Shown here piece by piece: positions 14,860 to 23,961 of a stretch of DNA of 35,422 nt. The translations under genes and the position numbers were made by a program. Location: assembly GCA_030150315.1 (NCBI GenBank), contig JASLGB010000242.1:1-35422 (forward strand). Direction: 5' to 3'. This stretch comes from Dokdonella sp. (GTDB lineage Bacteria > Pseudomonadota > Gammaproteobacteria > Xanthomonadales > Rhodanobacteraceae). Below the pieces are notes generated by a model. The model ran no database searches, was not told the origin of the DNA, and saw only the letters and a list, made by a program, of their open reading frames with translations. The stretch's first letter is position 1. Each line of letters starts with the position of its first letter.

Positions 14860-17800
14860 TTATCTGCCTCCGTAGACGGCGCGAGCACGCTGGAACTCAC
14901 GCAGCATTGCGGCAAGGTCATCACGCGTGTCCTTGTTCCCGCGGACGTGGAACACCTTCCCGTCTGGGCCAGTGAGGCTCCCGGCAACGGGCGTGAAGTC
15001 GCTGGACTGCGACTTCCCAACGCTGGGCTCACCGCCGGAGGGCTTGGACGATGACGCCGTAGCGGAGTCGACGTCTGCCTTTCGGCGCGCCTCACTCTCC
15101 TTCCTTATTTGCGCCATTTTCAGATCGTGCAGCTCATTCGCCTTCGCGATGAGCTCGGCGTACGCCGCGGAGTTCAGTTGGCCCGTCGCCTCTGCCTCGG
15201 CCCGCAGGTCGGCCAACTTCCGCTCGTGACGCCGCGCCTCGACCGCCATGTTGTCTCCACGCATCTGGTCAATCTGGTCCTGAATCGCGGCAGCTTCAGA
15301 CGCCATCCGCGCCGTCGCCTGCACCGCCCGATCAGCTACCGACTGAAGTTCATCGATTCGGCGGCGCAGCAAGTCGGCCTGCCCGATCGACAGATCCCCA
15401 ATCTCCTCCAGCATGCGCTTGGCTTCATCCAGAGAAAGCCCCTGAATGTCGCCATTCCTGCGAAGCTCGTCCGTCATCTGACGCAACGTATCGTTCTGCG
15501 TTTGAGTCAGAACCACCACGCCCTGATACTCATCCGCTATCCGCCGCGCCGATGCTGCCGCCCGATCATTTGCAGATGCCACCGCATCGGATGCATCGGC
15601 AGCGCTACCCGCTGCGCGGGCCGTGCGCTCAACTTCGTCCCCCGCCTCCTTGAACGACTCGGCAACTTTCTTGCCGGCGTCTGATCCAGCGCTTCCGACC
15701 CGCTCCAGTTCCTTCGTCAGACCGAGGGCAGATGCCTGCATTTCAATCTGCCGCTCAAGCGGCTCTTGCATCGCCTCGGAGCTATCCGCCGCCGCCGCAC
15801 GCGCTGCCTCGGCCCACTTGCGGAACGCACGGATCACGTCCTCTTGCGCGTACTCGCCCGCCTTCGCGCCGGCGGCGACCTGCTCGTAGAACTCGCGCGC
15901 ACTGGCGGCGGCATCGTTGAGCGAAGCCTGCGTCTGCATGCCGAAGCGCTGGAACTTCGCGGCCAGCGGGTCCAGTTCCGCGCCGATGTCGCGCACGCGG
16001 TCGCGCACGGCGGACATGGCGCGCTCGACGACCGCACCGGACACGCGGCCCTGCTCGCCGACGCGCTCCAGCTGCGCGCCGAGCGCCTGGGCTTCCTCGC
16101 GCGTGTTGACGCCGGCCAGTGCCGCGGTGAAGGCGGCCTCGATCTGTCCGGCGGTGGCCTGCGCGTTCGATACAACCGTGTCGAACGATGTCAGGATGTC
16201 ACGCCCGGCGCGCGTGAACGCCTCGCCGGTTTTGCCCGCGTCAACTTTGAGGTTTTCCAGCGCGGTGCGCAGCGTGACGCCGAGCACAACCGACGCCCGA
16301 TCGCCGCTGCGGCCGACTTCATCGAACGCCGACTGCGCGGCGGATTGGAATTTCTTGAGGTCGTCGGCGCTGAGTTTTTTCAACTCGACGCCGAGCGAGT
16401 CGCGGATTCGATCACCGGCCGCCGCGCCGGACTCGCCGAGCGACTGCAGCGCCAGCGCGGCGTCGCCGAGCTTTTCCGCACTGAGCCGATCGAAGCCGTC
16501 GAACATCTTGCCGAGGGCTTCTTTCGTTCGGGCGCTGTCGGTTTCGATGCCGGCCAGGTCATCGCGGATCTTCTGCGCGCCAATCGTGAGTCCGCTGGCC
16601 GCGGCAGTGCCGGCAAGCGTTACCGCGGCGGCGAAGTTTTCCGTAGCTGCCTGCGCGGAAGCGAGGCGCTCTTTCAGGCTTTCTAGGTAGGCCAGCCCGT
16701 CCGCATTCAGCGATTCGTTGCGGCGCAATTGCTCGTAGTAGCGCACCTGCAACTGCAGGTACTGCTCCAGCCCGTCGCGCGCTTCGGAATACGCCTGCCG
16801 CTGCGCATCGCTCATCTTCGCGATGGATTCGGCACTCTTCAGTTGCACGTCGGCGAACTGCTGGAATCTCTGCGCCGCTTCGCCGATGCGCTCCGCGCTG
16901 GCCGAGGCTTCGGCGCGCAGCTCGGCAACGCGCGCGGCCAGCGCTTTTGACTGCGGCAGATTGCGCGCGATCGACTCGCTCAAGCTGTCGATCTGGTCCT
17001 TTGCCAGCGCAATGCCTGCGCCGCCCAGAATCAGCAGGCGGATCAGCGGAATCTTGGTGATTGCGAGCGACAGCAACTGCACTGCGCCGCCGGCTTTCGT
17101 TGCGCCGCTGGCGACAAGGGAAAGGCCGGTGACGAACTGGTTGACCTTGACCAGAGCATAGGCTTTTGCCAGCGCGACCAGCGCTGCACTGTAGTCGTAG
17201 AGAAACTTGACCGCGCCACCGATCGCCTTGCTTGCGCCGATGATCGCGTCCGACGTTGCCTTGACCCACTTATCCAGCCGCCCATCGGCGGCCATGGCCT
17301 TGATCGTTTCGTTCAGCAACTCGATTTGCTGACGGAAGTGATCGACCACTCCGGCGTTCGCGATCTGCAGCCGAAACTCGGCGATGCTCTTGTTGAGCTG
17401 ATCCCATGCGCCCTCAAGCGTGCCCACGCTCTGCGCCGCGGCGGCGCCGGCGTAGGACTCGCGCAGCATGTCCATGATGACGGCCTGCGCCTCGGCCATC
17501 TTTCCGGTCGCCTGCAGTTGCTTCAGCAGGGACTTTTGCGATTCCTCCAACTTGAAGCCCTGCCGCGACAGCGCGGACATGGCATTCACCGGGTCCTGCA
17601 GGGCCTTGCCGACAATCTCGGCCGACTGCTCCACCGAGATCCCGAGCCTTGCGGCCTGGTCGATGGCGATTTGCATGGCCTCGGGGAATTGCTGGCCGAC
17701 GACGTCGGTGTAGGACAGCAGGCGAACCTGCATGCTCACGAGCTGCTCGGTCGTGAACTTGGACGTCTTTGTCGCGTCGTCCGCCATCTTCAACAGCTGG

Positions 17801-19059
17801 TCGGCCGTGTAGCCGGCCGCGCCGCCGGTGGAAGCGATCGCGGCCTCGAGCTGGCCCATGGCTTGCTCGGCATCGCTGCCGGCGCTGACGACGGACTTGA
17901 CGCCCTTCACCAGCGTGGCGAACGACAGCACGCCGGCCACGCTGGCAAGCATGCCGCGCAGCTTGCCGAACAGACCAGTCGCCGCGTTGGCGGAATCGCC
18001 GAGGTTGCGCGTTTCCTTCGCCGCACTGGCGGCGTTCGCCTCGGCGCGCTTCAGCGCCGCCGCGTACTCGGTTTGTTCCTGCGCGGCACGCTTGGATTCG
18101 TCTGCCAGCGCGGACTGGTGCTCGGCCATCTCGCGGGCTTTTTCTGCGATGCCGCCGATAGCTTTTTCCGCGCTGGCACTGCGCTCGGACAACTCACGCT
18201 GTGCACCGGCAAGGTCGCGCGTGGCGATGCCGGCGTCGGTGAGCTTGGCGTCCAGATCGCCCATCTGTCGCGTGATTCGCTGCTGCGCGCCGGCGGCCTG
18301 ATCGTAGGCGCCCGTTGCTGCGCGCACGTCGTTGCCGGCGCTGCGCCACTCGGCGTTGGCGTCTTTCAGTGCGCTGGCGGCGTTCTTCACCGCCTGCGCG
18401 ATGGACGTCTGGCCGTCTGCGTATTCGGCCTGCGCGGCCTTGGCCGCGGTCAGTTCTGCGCTGCGCTGTTTCAGCGCGGCGGAGGCTGCTTGCTCTTGTT
18501 CGGTCGCGAGCTTGAGACGCAGGCCAGCGCGCTCGGCCTCGTCGGAATACAAGCCCTGGGCGGCGGCGACTTTCTCGAACGCCTTGCTGGCCGCGGCGAC
18601 GTCTTTACCCGCGGCCTTCCACTCCGCGTTCGCCTCTTTCTGGCTGCTCGCAGCGTCTCGCACGGCGGCGGCCGCAGCACCGGCGCTGGCGGTGTATTCC
18701 GCCTGTTTTGCTTCCGCATCTGCCAGCGCCCGCGCGCGCTCGGCGACCGCATCCGCAGCGGCCTGCTCGGCCTGCGCGGCGATCTGCAAACGCAGGCCGG
18801 CCTTCTCTACCTCGGCGCTTGCAGACTCGGATTTCTGCGCCAGCGCGTCGTAAGCCTCGGCCATGCCGCGCAGTTCGTCGATCTGTCCGGCGCGGGCGGA
18901 AACTGCGGAAATTTCGTCGGCGAACTTCGACACATCGTCCGCGGCCAGCGCGCCAGACTTTCCGGCCTGCAGCAGCGACGCCGCGAGCTTGCCGATTTCG
19001 CTCTCGCCCTGCTGCTCGACAATGATACGCAGGACTTCCTCGAACGCTTGCTGTGCCAT
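14860..19059 (-). CDS. tail tape measure protein (1399 aa)
   Basis: Ala-rich helical protein starting MAQQAFEEVLRII at 19059 (TAATG overlap). Contains a lambda-type TMP block (GKALQDPVNAMSALSRQG). Confidence 0.92.
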   Translation of the reverse strand: MAQQAFEEVLRIIVEQQGESEIGKLAASLLQAGKSGALAADDVSKFADEISAVSARAGQIDELRGMAEAYDALAQKSESASAEVEKAGLRLQIAAQAEQAAADAVAERARALADAEAKQAEYTASAGAAAAAVRDAASSQKEANAEWKAAGKDVAAASKAFEKVAAAQGLYSDEAERAGLRLKLATEQEQAASAALKQRSAELTAAKAAQAEYADGQTSIAQAVKNAASALKDANAEWRSAGNDVRAATGAYDQAAGAQQRITRQMGDLDAKLTDAGIATRDLAGAQRELSERSASAEKAIGGIAEKAREMAEHQSALADESKRAAQEQTEYAAALKRAEANAASAAKETRNLGDSANAATGLFGKLRGMLASVAGVLSFATLVKGVKSVVSAGSDAEQAMGQLEAAIASTGGAAGYTADQLLKMADDATKTSKFTTEQLVSMQVRLLSYTDVVGQQFPEAMQIAIDQAARLGISVEQSAEIVGKALQDPVNAMSALSRQGFKLEESQKSLLKQLQATGKMAEAQAVIMDMLRESYAGAAAAQSVGTLEGAWDQLNKSIAEFRLQIANAGVVDHFRQQIELLNETIKAMAADGRLDKWVKATSDAIIGASKAIGGAVKFLYDYSAALVALAKAYALVKVNQFVTGLSLVASGATKAGGAVQLLSLAITKIPLIRLLILGGAGIALAKDQIDSLSESIARNLPQSKALAARVAELRAEASASAERIGEAAQRFQQFADVQLKSAESIAKMSDAQRQAYSEARDGLEQYLQLQVRYYEQLRRNESLNADGLAYLESLKERLASAQAATENFAAAVTLAGTAAASGLTIGAQKIRDDLAGIETDSARTKEALGKMFDGFDRLSAEKLGDAALALQSLGESGAAAGDRIRDSLGVELKKLSADDLKKFQSAAQSAFDEVGRSGDRASVVLGVTLRTALENLKVDAGKTGEAFTRAGRDILTSFDTVVSNAQATAGQIEAAFTAALAGVNTREEAQALGAQLERVGEQGRVSGAVVERAMSAVRDRVRDIGAELDPLAAKFQRFGMQTQASLNDAAASAREFYEQVAAGAKAGEYAQEDVIRAFRKWAEAARAAAADSSEAMQEPLERQIEMQASALGLTKELERVGSAGSDAGKKVAESFKEAGDEVERTARAAGSAADASDAVASANDRAAASARRIADEYQGVVVLTQTQNDTLRQMTDELRRNGDIQGLSLDEAKRMLEEIGDLSIGQADLLRRRIDELQSVADRAVQATARMASEAAAIQDQIDQMRGDNMAVEARRHERKLADLRAEAEATGQLNSAAYAELIAKANELHDLKMAQIRKESEARRKADVDSATASSSKPSGGEPSVGKSQSSDFTPVAGSLTGPDGKVFHVRGNKDTRDDLAAMLREFQRARAVYGGR

Positions 19060-19667
19060 TACTTGACGCCCTCCAGGCGCCGGATTTCCGCAGAAAGAAC
19101 GGCCTGGCCGAACAGCAGCAGGTTGTTGACGACTTCGTCGCGCCCGGTGTCGGCGGCATAACGCCCGACTGGCTGCAGCGTGCGCTTGAGCGATGGACCC
19201 TTGAGTTGCGCGAGCGGCAGCCGATTCACCAGCCCATCGCCGACGGCGTAGGCGTTTGCCTGCCCGCGGTACGGAGCGCGCTGGTAGATCTCGCCCTTCA
19301 TCAAGAACGCATGCGGCAGATGCACTTGCCCGCGGCTTCGCCACGTTGTGACCGTGACACCGCTGGCCTTGCTTGCACGCGCGCCGAACAGACGCAGCGG
19401 CAGTCGCGTGTTGCTGGCGGTGACGGAGATGTACTTGCCGCCACGCCCCGGCTTGCTGGTGTTGATGTAGCGCGATATCTGGCTGGGCGACAGATTGAGC
19501 TGGACCGCACTGATCTGGCGCGCGGCCTCGGCCTTCAGCCGGCGCGAAAGAGTGACGAGCGCGCGATCGCGAATCTTCGCCACACGCTCGGCGGTCTTGC
19601 CGACGCGCCCGGCGGCGCGCGTTAGGCCGGAGATTTCGAACGTGATCAGCGCGCCCTTGGCGGTCAT
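19059..19667 (-). CDS. minor tail protein, lambda gpZ-like
   Basis: Basic protein with RAL.TL.R...LPLRLFGAR...AF...RLPL..LKGPS. Confidence 0.7.
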   Translation of the reverse strand: MTAKGALITFEISGLTRAAGRVGKTAERVAKIRDRALVTLSRRLKAEAARQISAVQLNLSPSQISRYINTSKPGRGGKYISVTASNTRLPLRLFGARASKASGVTVTTWRSRGQVHLPHAFLMKGEIYQRAPYRGQANAYAVGDGLVNRLPLAQLKGPSLKRTLQPVGRYAADTGRDEVVNNLLLFGQAVLSAEIRRLEGVK

Positions 19668-19861
19668 GCGTGCGCCGCGCTTTCGGCAATGCCGTTGTCG
19701 CGCAGCCAGGCGGCAACGGCGGGCGTTACATCCAGCACGGCACCGGCGGCATAGTCCACGCCGGCATGCGTATGCGGGGCGCGCAGCACGACGCGAACAA
19801 CCGCGCCGCCGGAAGCCGGCGGCGGGTTGGTTTTCGCGCTGGCGCGAGGCTTGCGGCTCAC
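19664..19861 (-). CDS. small phage protein (65 aa)
   Basis: PHTHAGVDYAAGAVLDV...AAWL motif. Coupled to neighbours. Confidence 0.7.
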   Translation of the reverse strand: MSRKPRASAKTNPPPASGGAVVRVVLRAPHTHAGVDYAAGAVLDVTPAVAAWLRDNGIAESAAHA

Positions 19862-19862
19862 G

Positions 19863-20609
19863 TCAGTCGAGCAGCGTGATCGTTGCGGGCTGCTGCCCGG
19901 TGATGACGAGCGCGTTGCCGGTCAACTCCGTCGACAGGAAATCCTCGCCCAGCAGGTCGAGGCCGCCGCTCGGCGCCAGCTTCGCCTTCGGCACGACAAC
20001 GTGGATGCGCTTGCCCGTCGCGAGGTTGATCGCATCGCCTTCGATGCGAAGCTGAATCGACGGACGCGAACCAACGCCGACAGACTTGCCACTGATCGCC
20101 GCCTTCGTGTAGCTGACCTTGAGCTGCGCGGCGTCGGTGATCGCACCGGCTTCCGTCGGCTTGATGAAGCCGGCCGTGGCGTCCAGCAGGTAGTCCGTGC
20201 CAGCCGCGAACGTGGTCGTTCCCGTCGTGTCGGTGACAGTCACCGCAGACAGCGAGCGACCGCCGAGGCGGATCCAGCGCCCCTTCTCCGCAACCACCGC
20301 TTCGTCCGTCACGCTGCCGGCCGCCTGCGTGAACGCCGCAGGAACACCGCCGACGGCCCACGCGAGGGTTTCCGCGTCGCCCAGCTCATCGGTGCCGACA
20401 GTGACTTCCATGGGCTTGGGCGTTGCGATCGTGTCCAGCGCCTGGCCGAAGGTCTCGTTCTGCTTGCTGACGCGAGACTTGAGGTCCGCCTCAGGCACAG
20501 TCAGTTCGAGCTTCGTGGTGTTGATGATGCCGATGTATCCGCCGGTGGGCACGCCGTCTTCGTCGACGTAGGCGAAGCGGAAATTTCCGCTGCAAACCAA
20601 ACCGCTCAT
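19863..20609 (-). CDS. major tail tube protein
   Basis: GAGGA RBS, 248 aa, GTDYLLDATAGFI insertion. Follows the tail terminator gene. Confidence 0.8.
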   Translation of the reverse strand: MSGLVCSGNFRFAYVDEDGVPTGGYIGIINTTKLELTVPEADLKSRVSKQNETFGQALDTIATPKPMEVTVGTDELGDAETLAWAVGGVPAAFTQAAGSVTDEAVVAEKGRWIRLGGRSLSAVTVTDTTGTTTFAAGTDYLLDATAGFIKPTEAGAITDAAQLKVSYTKAAISGKSVGVGSRPSIQLRIEGDAINLATGKRIHVVVPKAKLAPSGGLDLLGEDFLSTELTGNALVITGQQPATITLLD

Positions 20610-20624
20610 GTGTTTTTCCTCGCT

Positions 20625-21104
20625 CTATGGGCCCGGTGCGGGCGGTGGGTAACTGACGTAGGTGACGGTGATCACGGCCTGCACGACGATGTACTGAGAC
20701 GCCTCGGCAGGCCGAACGGTGCGCAGCTCGCCGCCGACTTCGATGGTTTTAACCGCCGCCCGGCCGATGTCCTGCATGTCGCTTGAGCGCAGGCGGGAAA
20801 GCGCATGCGCGAGGTCGTACTTGACACGCTGCGCGGCCTGCTCGGAGTCTTCAGCGCCGGCGAGCACGTAGCCTTCCGCGACGACGTCCATCGTGTTGCT
20901 CAGCGATGGGCCGGACTGCGATGTGATGCGTGATCCTTCCTCAAGAACGCAGACTCGAGGGAACTCGAAATCCCGGTCCATGTAGTCGATCGCCTGACGA
21001 TCGACGCGAAGGCCGACATCGGTCAGATATCCGTTGGCAATCGTCGCGCCGGCAACGCACGCGGCGATGCGATCGATGATGACAACAGCGGGCGCCTCAG
21101 CCAC
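20625..21104 (-). CDS. tail terminator/completion protein
   Basis: GTG start. I.IANGYLTDVG motif. Located between the head-tail joining gene and the tube gene. Confidence 0.7.
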   Translation of the reverse strand: MAEAPAVVIIDRIAACVAGATIANGYLTDVGLRVDRQAIDYMDRDFEFPRVCVLEEGSRITSQSGPSLSNTMDVVAEGYVLAGAEDSEQAAQRVKYDLAHALSRLRSSDMQDIGRAAVKTIEVGGELRTVRPAEASQYIVVQAVITVTYVSYPPPAPGP

Positions 21105-21420
21105 AGGTGGCCTCCCAGCGCTCGCGCGACTCGTCGGCGTCGAATGGTTTTTCCAGCACCCACCGCGCACCGGTGCCGTCGATGGTGACGACCGCGCCGC
21201 GGCGCGGCTTGACCTCGGCGCGAAACAGCGAGATCAGCGCTCGACCGCTGCTGACGCTGGCAATGATTCCAACGCGCGCGAGATCGAGATCGACGAGGAC
21301 AGTGCACGGCACCGGCACGGCGTCGCCAGAGTCGAACGACGCCGAGTCGGCCAAGCCGGTGCCGCGAAACGCCGCGCAGGCCAGGGCGTCGAACTCGCGC
21401 AGGAATTGCTCTTGGCTCAT
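21097..21420 (-). CDS. head-tail joining protein (lambda FII-like)
   Basis: 107 aa, beta-rich (VPCTVLVD...PRRGAVVTIDG). Position. Confidence 0.7.
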   Translation of the reverse strand: MSQEQFLREFDALACAAFRGTGLADSASFDSGDAVPVPCTVLVDLDLARVGIIASVSSGRALISLFRAEVKPRRGAVVTIDGTGARWVLEKPFDADESRERWEATCG

Positions 21421-21590
21421 GTCGCGTCCTCGGCTGCAGCAACGTCGTCTTCAAGTTGCGAAATCGCATCGTCGAGGCGGTCGCGAAACGCGCGCGCCTG
21501 CTCGAGCGTGAGCGCGCTCCAGCGGCTGCCGACATACAAATGCACCCGCCCGGCGTGCGATCGAGCGCATGGATTTGGCGCGGAATTCAT
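21417..21590 (-). CDS. hypothetical protein (57 aa)
   Basis: ATGA overlaps at both ends. LTLEQARAFRDRL helix. Confidence 0.6.
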   Translation of the reverse strand: MNSAPNPCARSHAGRVHLYVGSRWSALTLEQARAFRDRLDDAISQLEDDVAAAEDAT

Positions 21591-21991
21591 GCGTTGCCAC
21601 CCCGCATCTTTGCGAGCTCTTGCCCGATGCGACGACACATCGGAGCGGATTGCGTTTCGAGCATGTCGCCCCACTCCGCGAACGGGCCGGCGCCGCCGTA
21701 ATAGCGAATGGCTGCGCCGACGCGAGCCATGCGCTCGGCGAGGTCGAGCAGTTCGTTCGGCAGGTCGACCAGCTCAATGCGATCGCTGCGCGGCGCGCCG
21801 ATGGCGTCGCGCTCGGAGATGGCTTGGCGCAGGTACAGCGACATGTCGAGCGATTCTTCGTATGCGTCCTGCAGCGCGTCGCGTCCGTTGTGCGTGGTCA
21901 GCGGCTCGCCGTATTCGCGCGTGCCTTTTTCGACACGCGCGCGCAGGTCGGCCTCGACCAGCGGCAGCACCTTGGTGCGGGCGCCGGTCAT
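21587..21991 (-). CDS. hypothetical protein with all-alpha NTP pyrophosphatase-like N-terminal domain
   Basis: DLRARVEKGTREYGEPL...NGRDALQDAYEESLDMSLYL acidic helix motif. Confidence 0.6.
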   Translation of the reverse strand: MTGARTKVLPLVEADLRARVEKGTREYGEPLTTHNGRDALQDAYEESLDMSLYLRQAISERDAIGAPRSDRIELVDLPNELLDLAERMARVGAAIRYYGGAGPFAEWGDMLETQSAPMCRRIGQELAKMRGGNA

Positions 21992-22353
21992 GCCTCAGCC
22001 TCGGCAAGCGTGTGATCGGCGTCGATCACATCGAGCAGATCGGAAAGCGTGGTCACGCTGTATTTCACGCCGCCGACGTGGCAGTCGTATGCGCGACTGT
22101 GGTCGCCGCAATCGAGCCAGTACCAACGCAGCCACGCCACGCTGCCCGGCCTATCGATCAGGCAGGCGGCGCCGAACGTGGCGAGGTCGCCCATTCGCTC
22201 CACGGCGGCCGGCAGCGGCGCACTCCAGTGGACGTCGCCGATGATCGAGCCAAGAGACTCGAGTGCCGACTCTGCGCTTTTGATTGCATCCCACCAATCT
22301 TTCAACGCCTGCTCGCGCTGTTCGCGCGTCAGCGGATCCTGCGCCCTGCTCAT
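21988..22353 (-). CDS. hypothetical protein (121 aa)
   Basis: ATGA-coupled on both sides. Confidence 0.7.
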   Translation of the reverse strand: MSRAQDPLTREQREQALKDWWDAIKSAESALESLGSIIGDVHWSAPLPAAVERMGDLATFGAACLIDRPGSVAWLRWYWLDCGDHSRAYDCHVGGVKYSVTTLSDLLDVIDADHTLAEAEA

Positions 22354-22847
22354 CGATCCACCCCTGCGTTGATCGCAGCCCGGACGGCCTGCGCGTCACC
22401 GATCAGCGCGCTCACTTGCGCAGCGCACTCGTCGACGGCTCGAACAATTCGGCCCGCACTTTCGTGCCGGCGTCGCTCGGCTTGGCCAAGCTCGATGGCA
22501 GCGGCGGCACCCTGGGACAAGCGGCTGGTTTCACAGCCGGCCCACTCGCTCCGCAGGCGGACAGTGCCGGCGCGCAGATCAGCAACAACACGATCAGCAG
22601 CAGATTTCGCATGCTGGATTCCCTCCTGGTATTTCGCCTCGGCGGCGATCGCCGCGGCCCACAAGTTGTGCTCGACAGTTCGTGCGGCGGACTCGGCGGC
22701 GACGCGCGCTTCGGCGTTGTCGGCGCGCAGGCTCTGGATTTCTGCAGCCATGGACGCGACGGCAATGCGCGCGTCTTGCAGCCGCTTGGTTTGCAGCACG
22801 AGCGCCGCGAGCAGCAGCGCGATGACGAGGCCGAGCGCGCGGATCAT
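22350..22847 (-). CDS. i-spanin (Rz-like)
   Basis: N-terminal TM (MIRALGLVIALLLAALVL), coiled coil, DLRAGTVRLR...C...DEC. Confidence 0.85.
   Translation of the reverse strand: MIRALGLVIALLLAALVLQTKRLQDARIAVASMAAEIQSLRADNAEARVAAESAARTVEHNLWAAAIAAEAKYQEGIQHAKSAADRVVADLRAGTVRLRSEWAGCETSRLSQGAAAAIELGQAERRRHESAGRIVRAVDECAAQVSALIGDAQAVRAAINAGVDR
22412..22612 (-). CDS. o-spanin (Rz1-like lipoprotein) embedded in Rz
   Basis: Signal peptide MRNLLLIVLLLICAPA, lipobox LSAC, Pro-rich CPRVPPLP, in an alternative frame inside Rz. Confidence 0.85.
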   Translation of the reverse strand: MRNLLLIVLLLICAPALSACGASGPAVKPAACPRVPPLPSSLAKPSDAGTKVRAELFEPSTSALRK

Positions 22848-23092
22848 TTGCCACCTCGCGTGAAGCGGTTGATGGCCTCGAACACCGGCCCGATCGTTGG
22901 CTGACAAACGCTCTCGATCATCCGCATCAGCTTTGGCGCCCATGCGTCGATGACAGCCAGCAACATCCAGAGCACCATCGGAACGATGGCGATCGCCCAC
23001 AGCACGATCAGGATCGGCAGGCACAGCAGCCAGCGGGGATTGCAGATCGTGCGGCGGCACCAGCGGCGCACCGTCAGTTTGTCGCGCGTCAT
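22844..23092 (-). CDS. membrane protein (82 aa)
   Basis: Long hydrophobic stretch WLLCLPILIVLWAIAIVPMVLWMLLAVI. ATGA coupling. Confidence 0.6.
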   Translation of the reverse strand: MTRDKLTVRRWCRRTICNPRWLLCLPILIVLWAIAIVPMVLWMLLAVIDAWAPKLMRMIESVCQPTIGPVFEAINRFTRGGK

Positions 23093-23418
23093 TCCTGCAC
23101 CTCGAATCCGTTGCGGTAGATGCCGTCGGCGGTCGTATCGATCCACTCGACGAGCATGTAGCCGCCCGTGAATTGCCAGCGCGCCAGCACGCCGGCTTGA
23201 ACGATCGGCCCGCTGTAGCTGTGCTGCACGATCAGCACCATCGGCGGCTGCGTGACCGGCGGTGGCGCGGCGCTGGCGATTGACGCGGCGAACAGGGCCA
23301 GCATCAAGGCCACAAGAACAAGCACGATTCGGGCAGCAGCGCGCGTGGCGTGCCGCACCTCGGCAGTGCGTGCAGCCATGCTGCGAAGCGCGCGCGGAGA
23401 AACGCCGGCTGCGTTCAT
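23089..23418 (-). CDS. exported/membrane protein with C-terminal DGIYRNGFE motif
   Basis: Hydrophobic segment ending in ASA and a C-terminal D-x-I-[FY]-x-N-G-F-E. Confidence 0.7.
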   Translation of the reverse strand: MNAAGVSPRALRSMAARTAEVRHATRAAARIVLVLVALMLALFAASIASAAPPPVTQPPMVLIVQHSYSGPIVQAGVLARWQFTGGYMLVEWIDTTADGIYRNGFEVQE

Positions 23419-23519
23419 TCGCCGGCCCTCCGGCGCAGGCTGTCACCGGCGGCGAAGCCGCGGCGCCAGCCGACGATGTAGCCGGCGATGACCGCGAACA
23501 GCGATAGCGCGAGCATCAT
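23415..23519 (-). CDS. tiny membrane protein (34 aa)
   Basis: MMLALSLFAVIAGYIVGWRRG. GGAGG RBS. Coupled. Confidence 0.5.
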   Translation of the reverse strand: MMLALSLFAVIAGYIVGWRRGFAAGDSLRRRAGE

Positions 23520-23722
23520 TTCGCGTCCTCCGGAGCACAAATCTTGCGCGCGGGAATGTGGCGATCCGGCATCGCGCGCCAGTCCGCGCAGCGCCCGCGC
23601 TCCGGCGCGGCGTTGGGTCGGAACGTGGACGACGGAACAACTTCGGGAAAGTTGTCGGCGTTGCTGCCGCACGTGTAGCAGCAGGCCATTCCGAGGCCGT
23701 CGCAGAGCTTGTGTGGGATCAT
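23516..23722 (-). CDS. small Cys-rich hypothetical protein (68 aa)
   Basis: LCDGLGMACCYTC...RCADW. ATGA coupling. Confidence 0.6.
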   Translation of the reverse strand: MIPHKLCDGLGMACCYTCGSNADNFPEVVPSSTFRPNAAPERGRCADWRAMPDRHIPARKICAPEDAK

Positions 23723-23961
23723 TCGGCGGAGCCTCCGATGTATGAGGCCTTGCCCATCTCGATCATGCCCAGCACTTCAAGCGGCGATGAAACGCGCGGG
23801 CCATTCCAGAACTCGATGAACTGGCTGTCGTCTGTGCGCTGCAGCCCGAACACGAGCAGCGTCGCAGGCTGGGATCTTGGGCGCGCTCGCAGTTTTGCCG
23901 CGAGCGATTCAAGCCAGTCAGCCGCGCTTTCGTTGTTGACGAGTCCAACGACGTTGCTCAT
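23719..23961 (-). CDS. hypothetical protein (80 aa)
   Basis: ATG 23961 overlaps the lysozyme stop. EVLGMIEMGK motif. Confidence 0.65.
   Translation of the reverse strand: MSNVVGLVNNESAADWLESLAAKLRARPRSQPATLLVFGLQRTDDSQFIEFWNGPRVSSPLEVLGMIEMGKASYIGGSAE

Noticed and set aside
19060..19716. N-terminal extension of the 1618-aa tape measure ORF
   Set aside because: It overlaps the gpZ-like gene in another frame. The coupled ATG at 19059 is the more plausible start.
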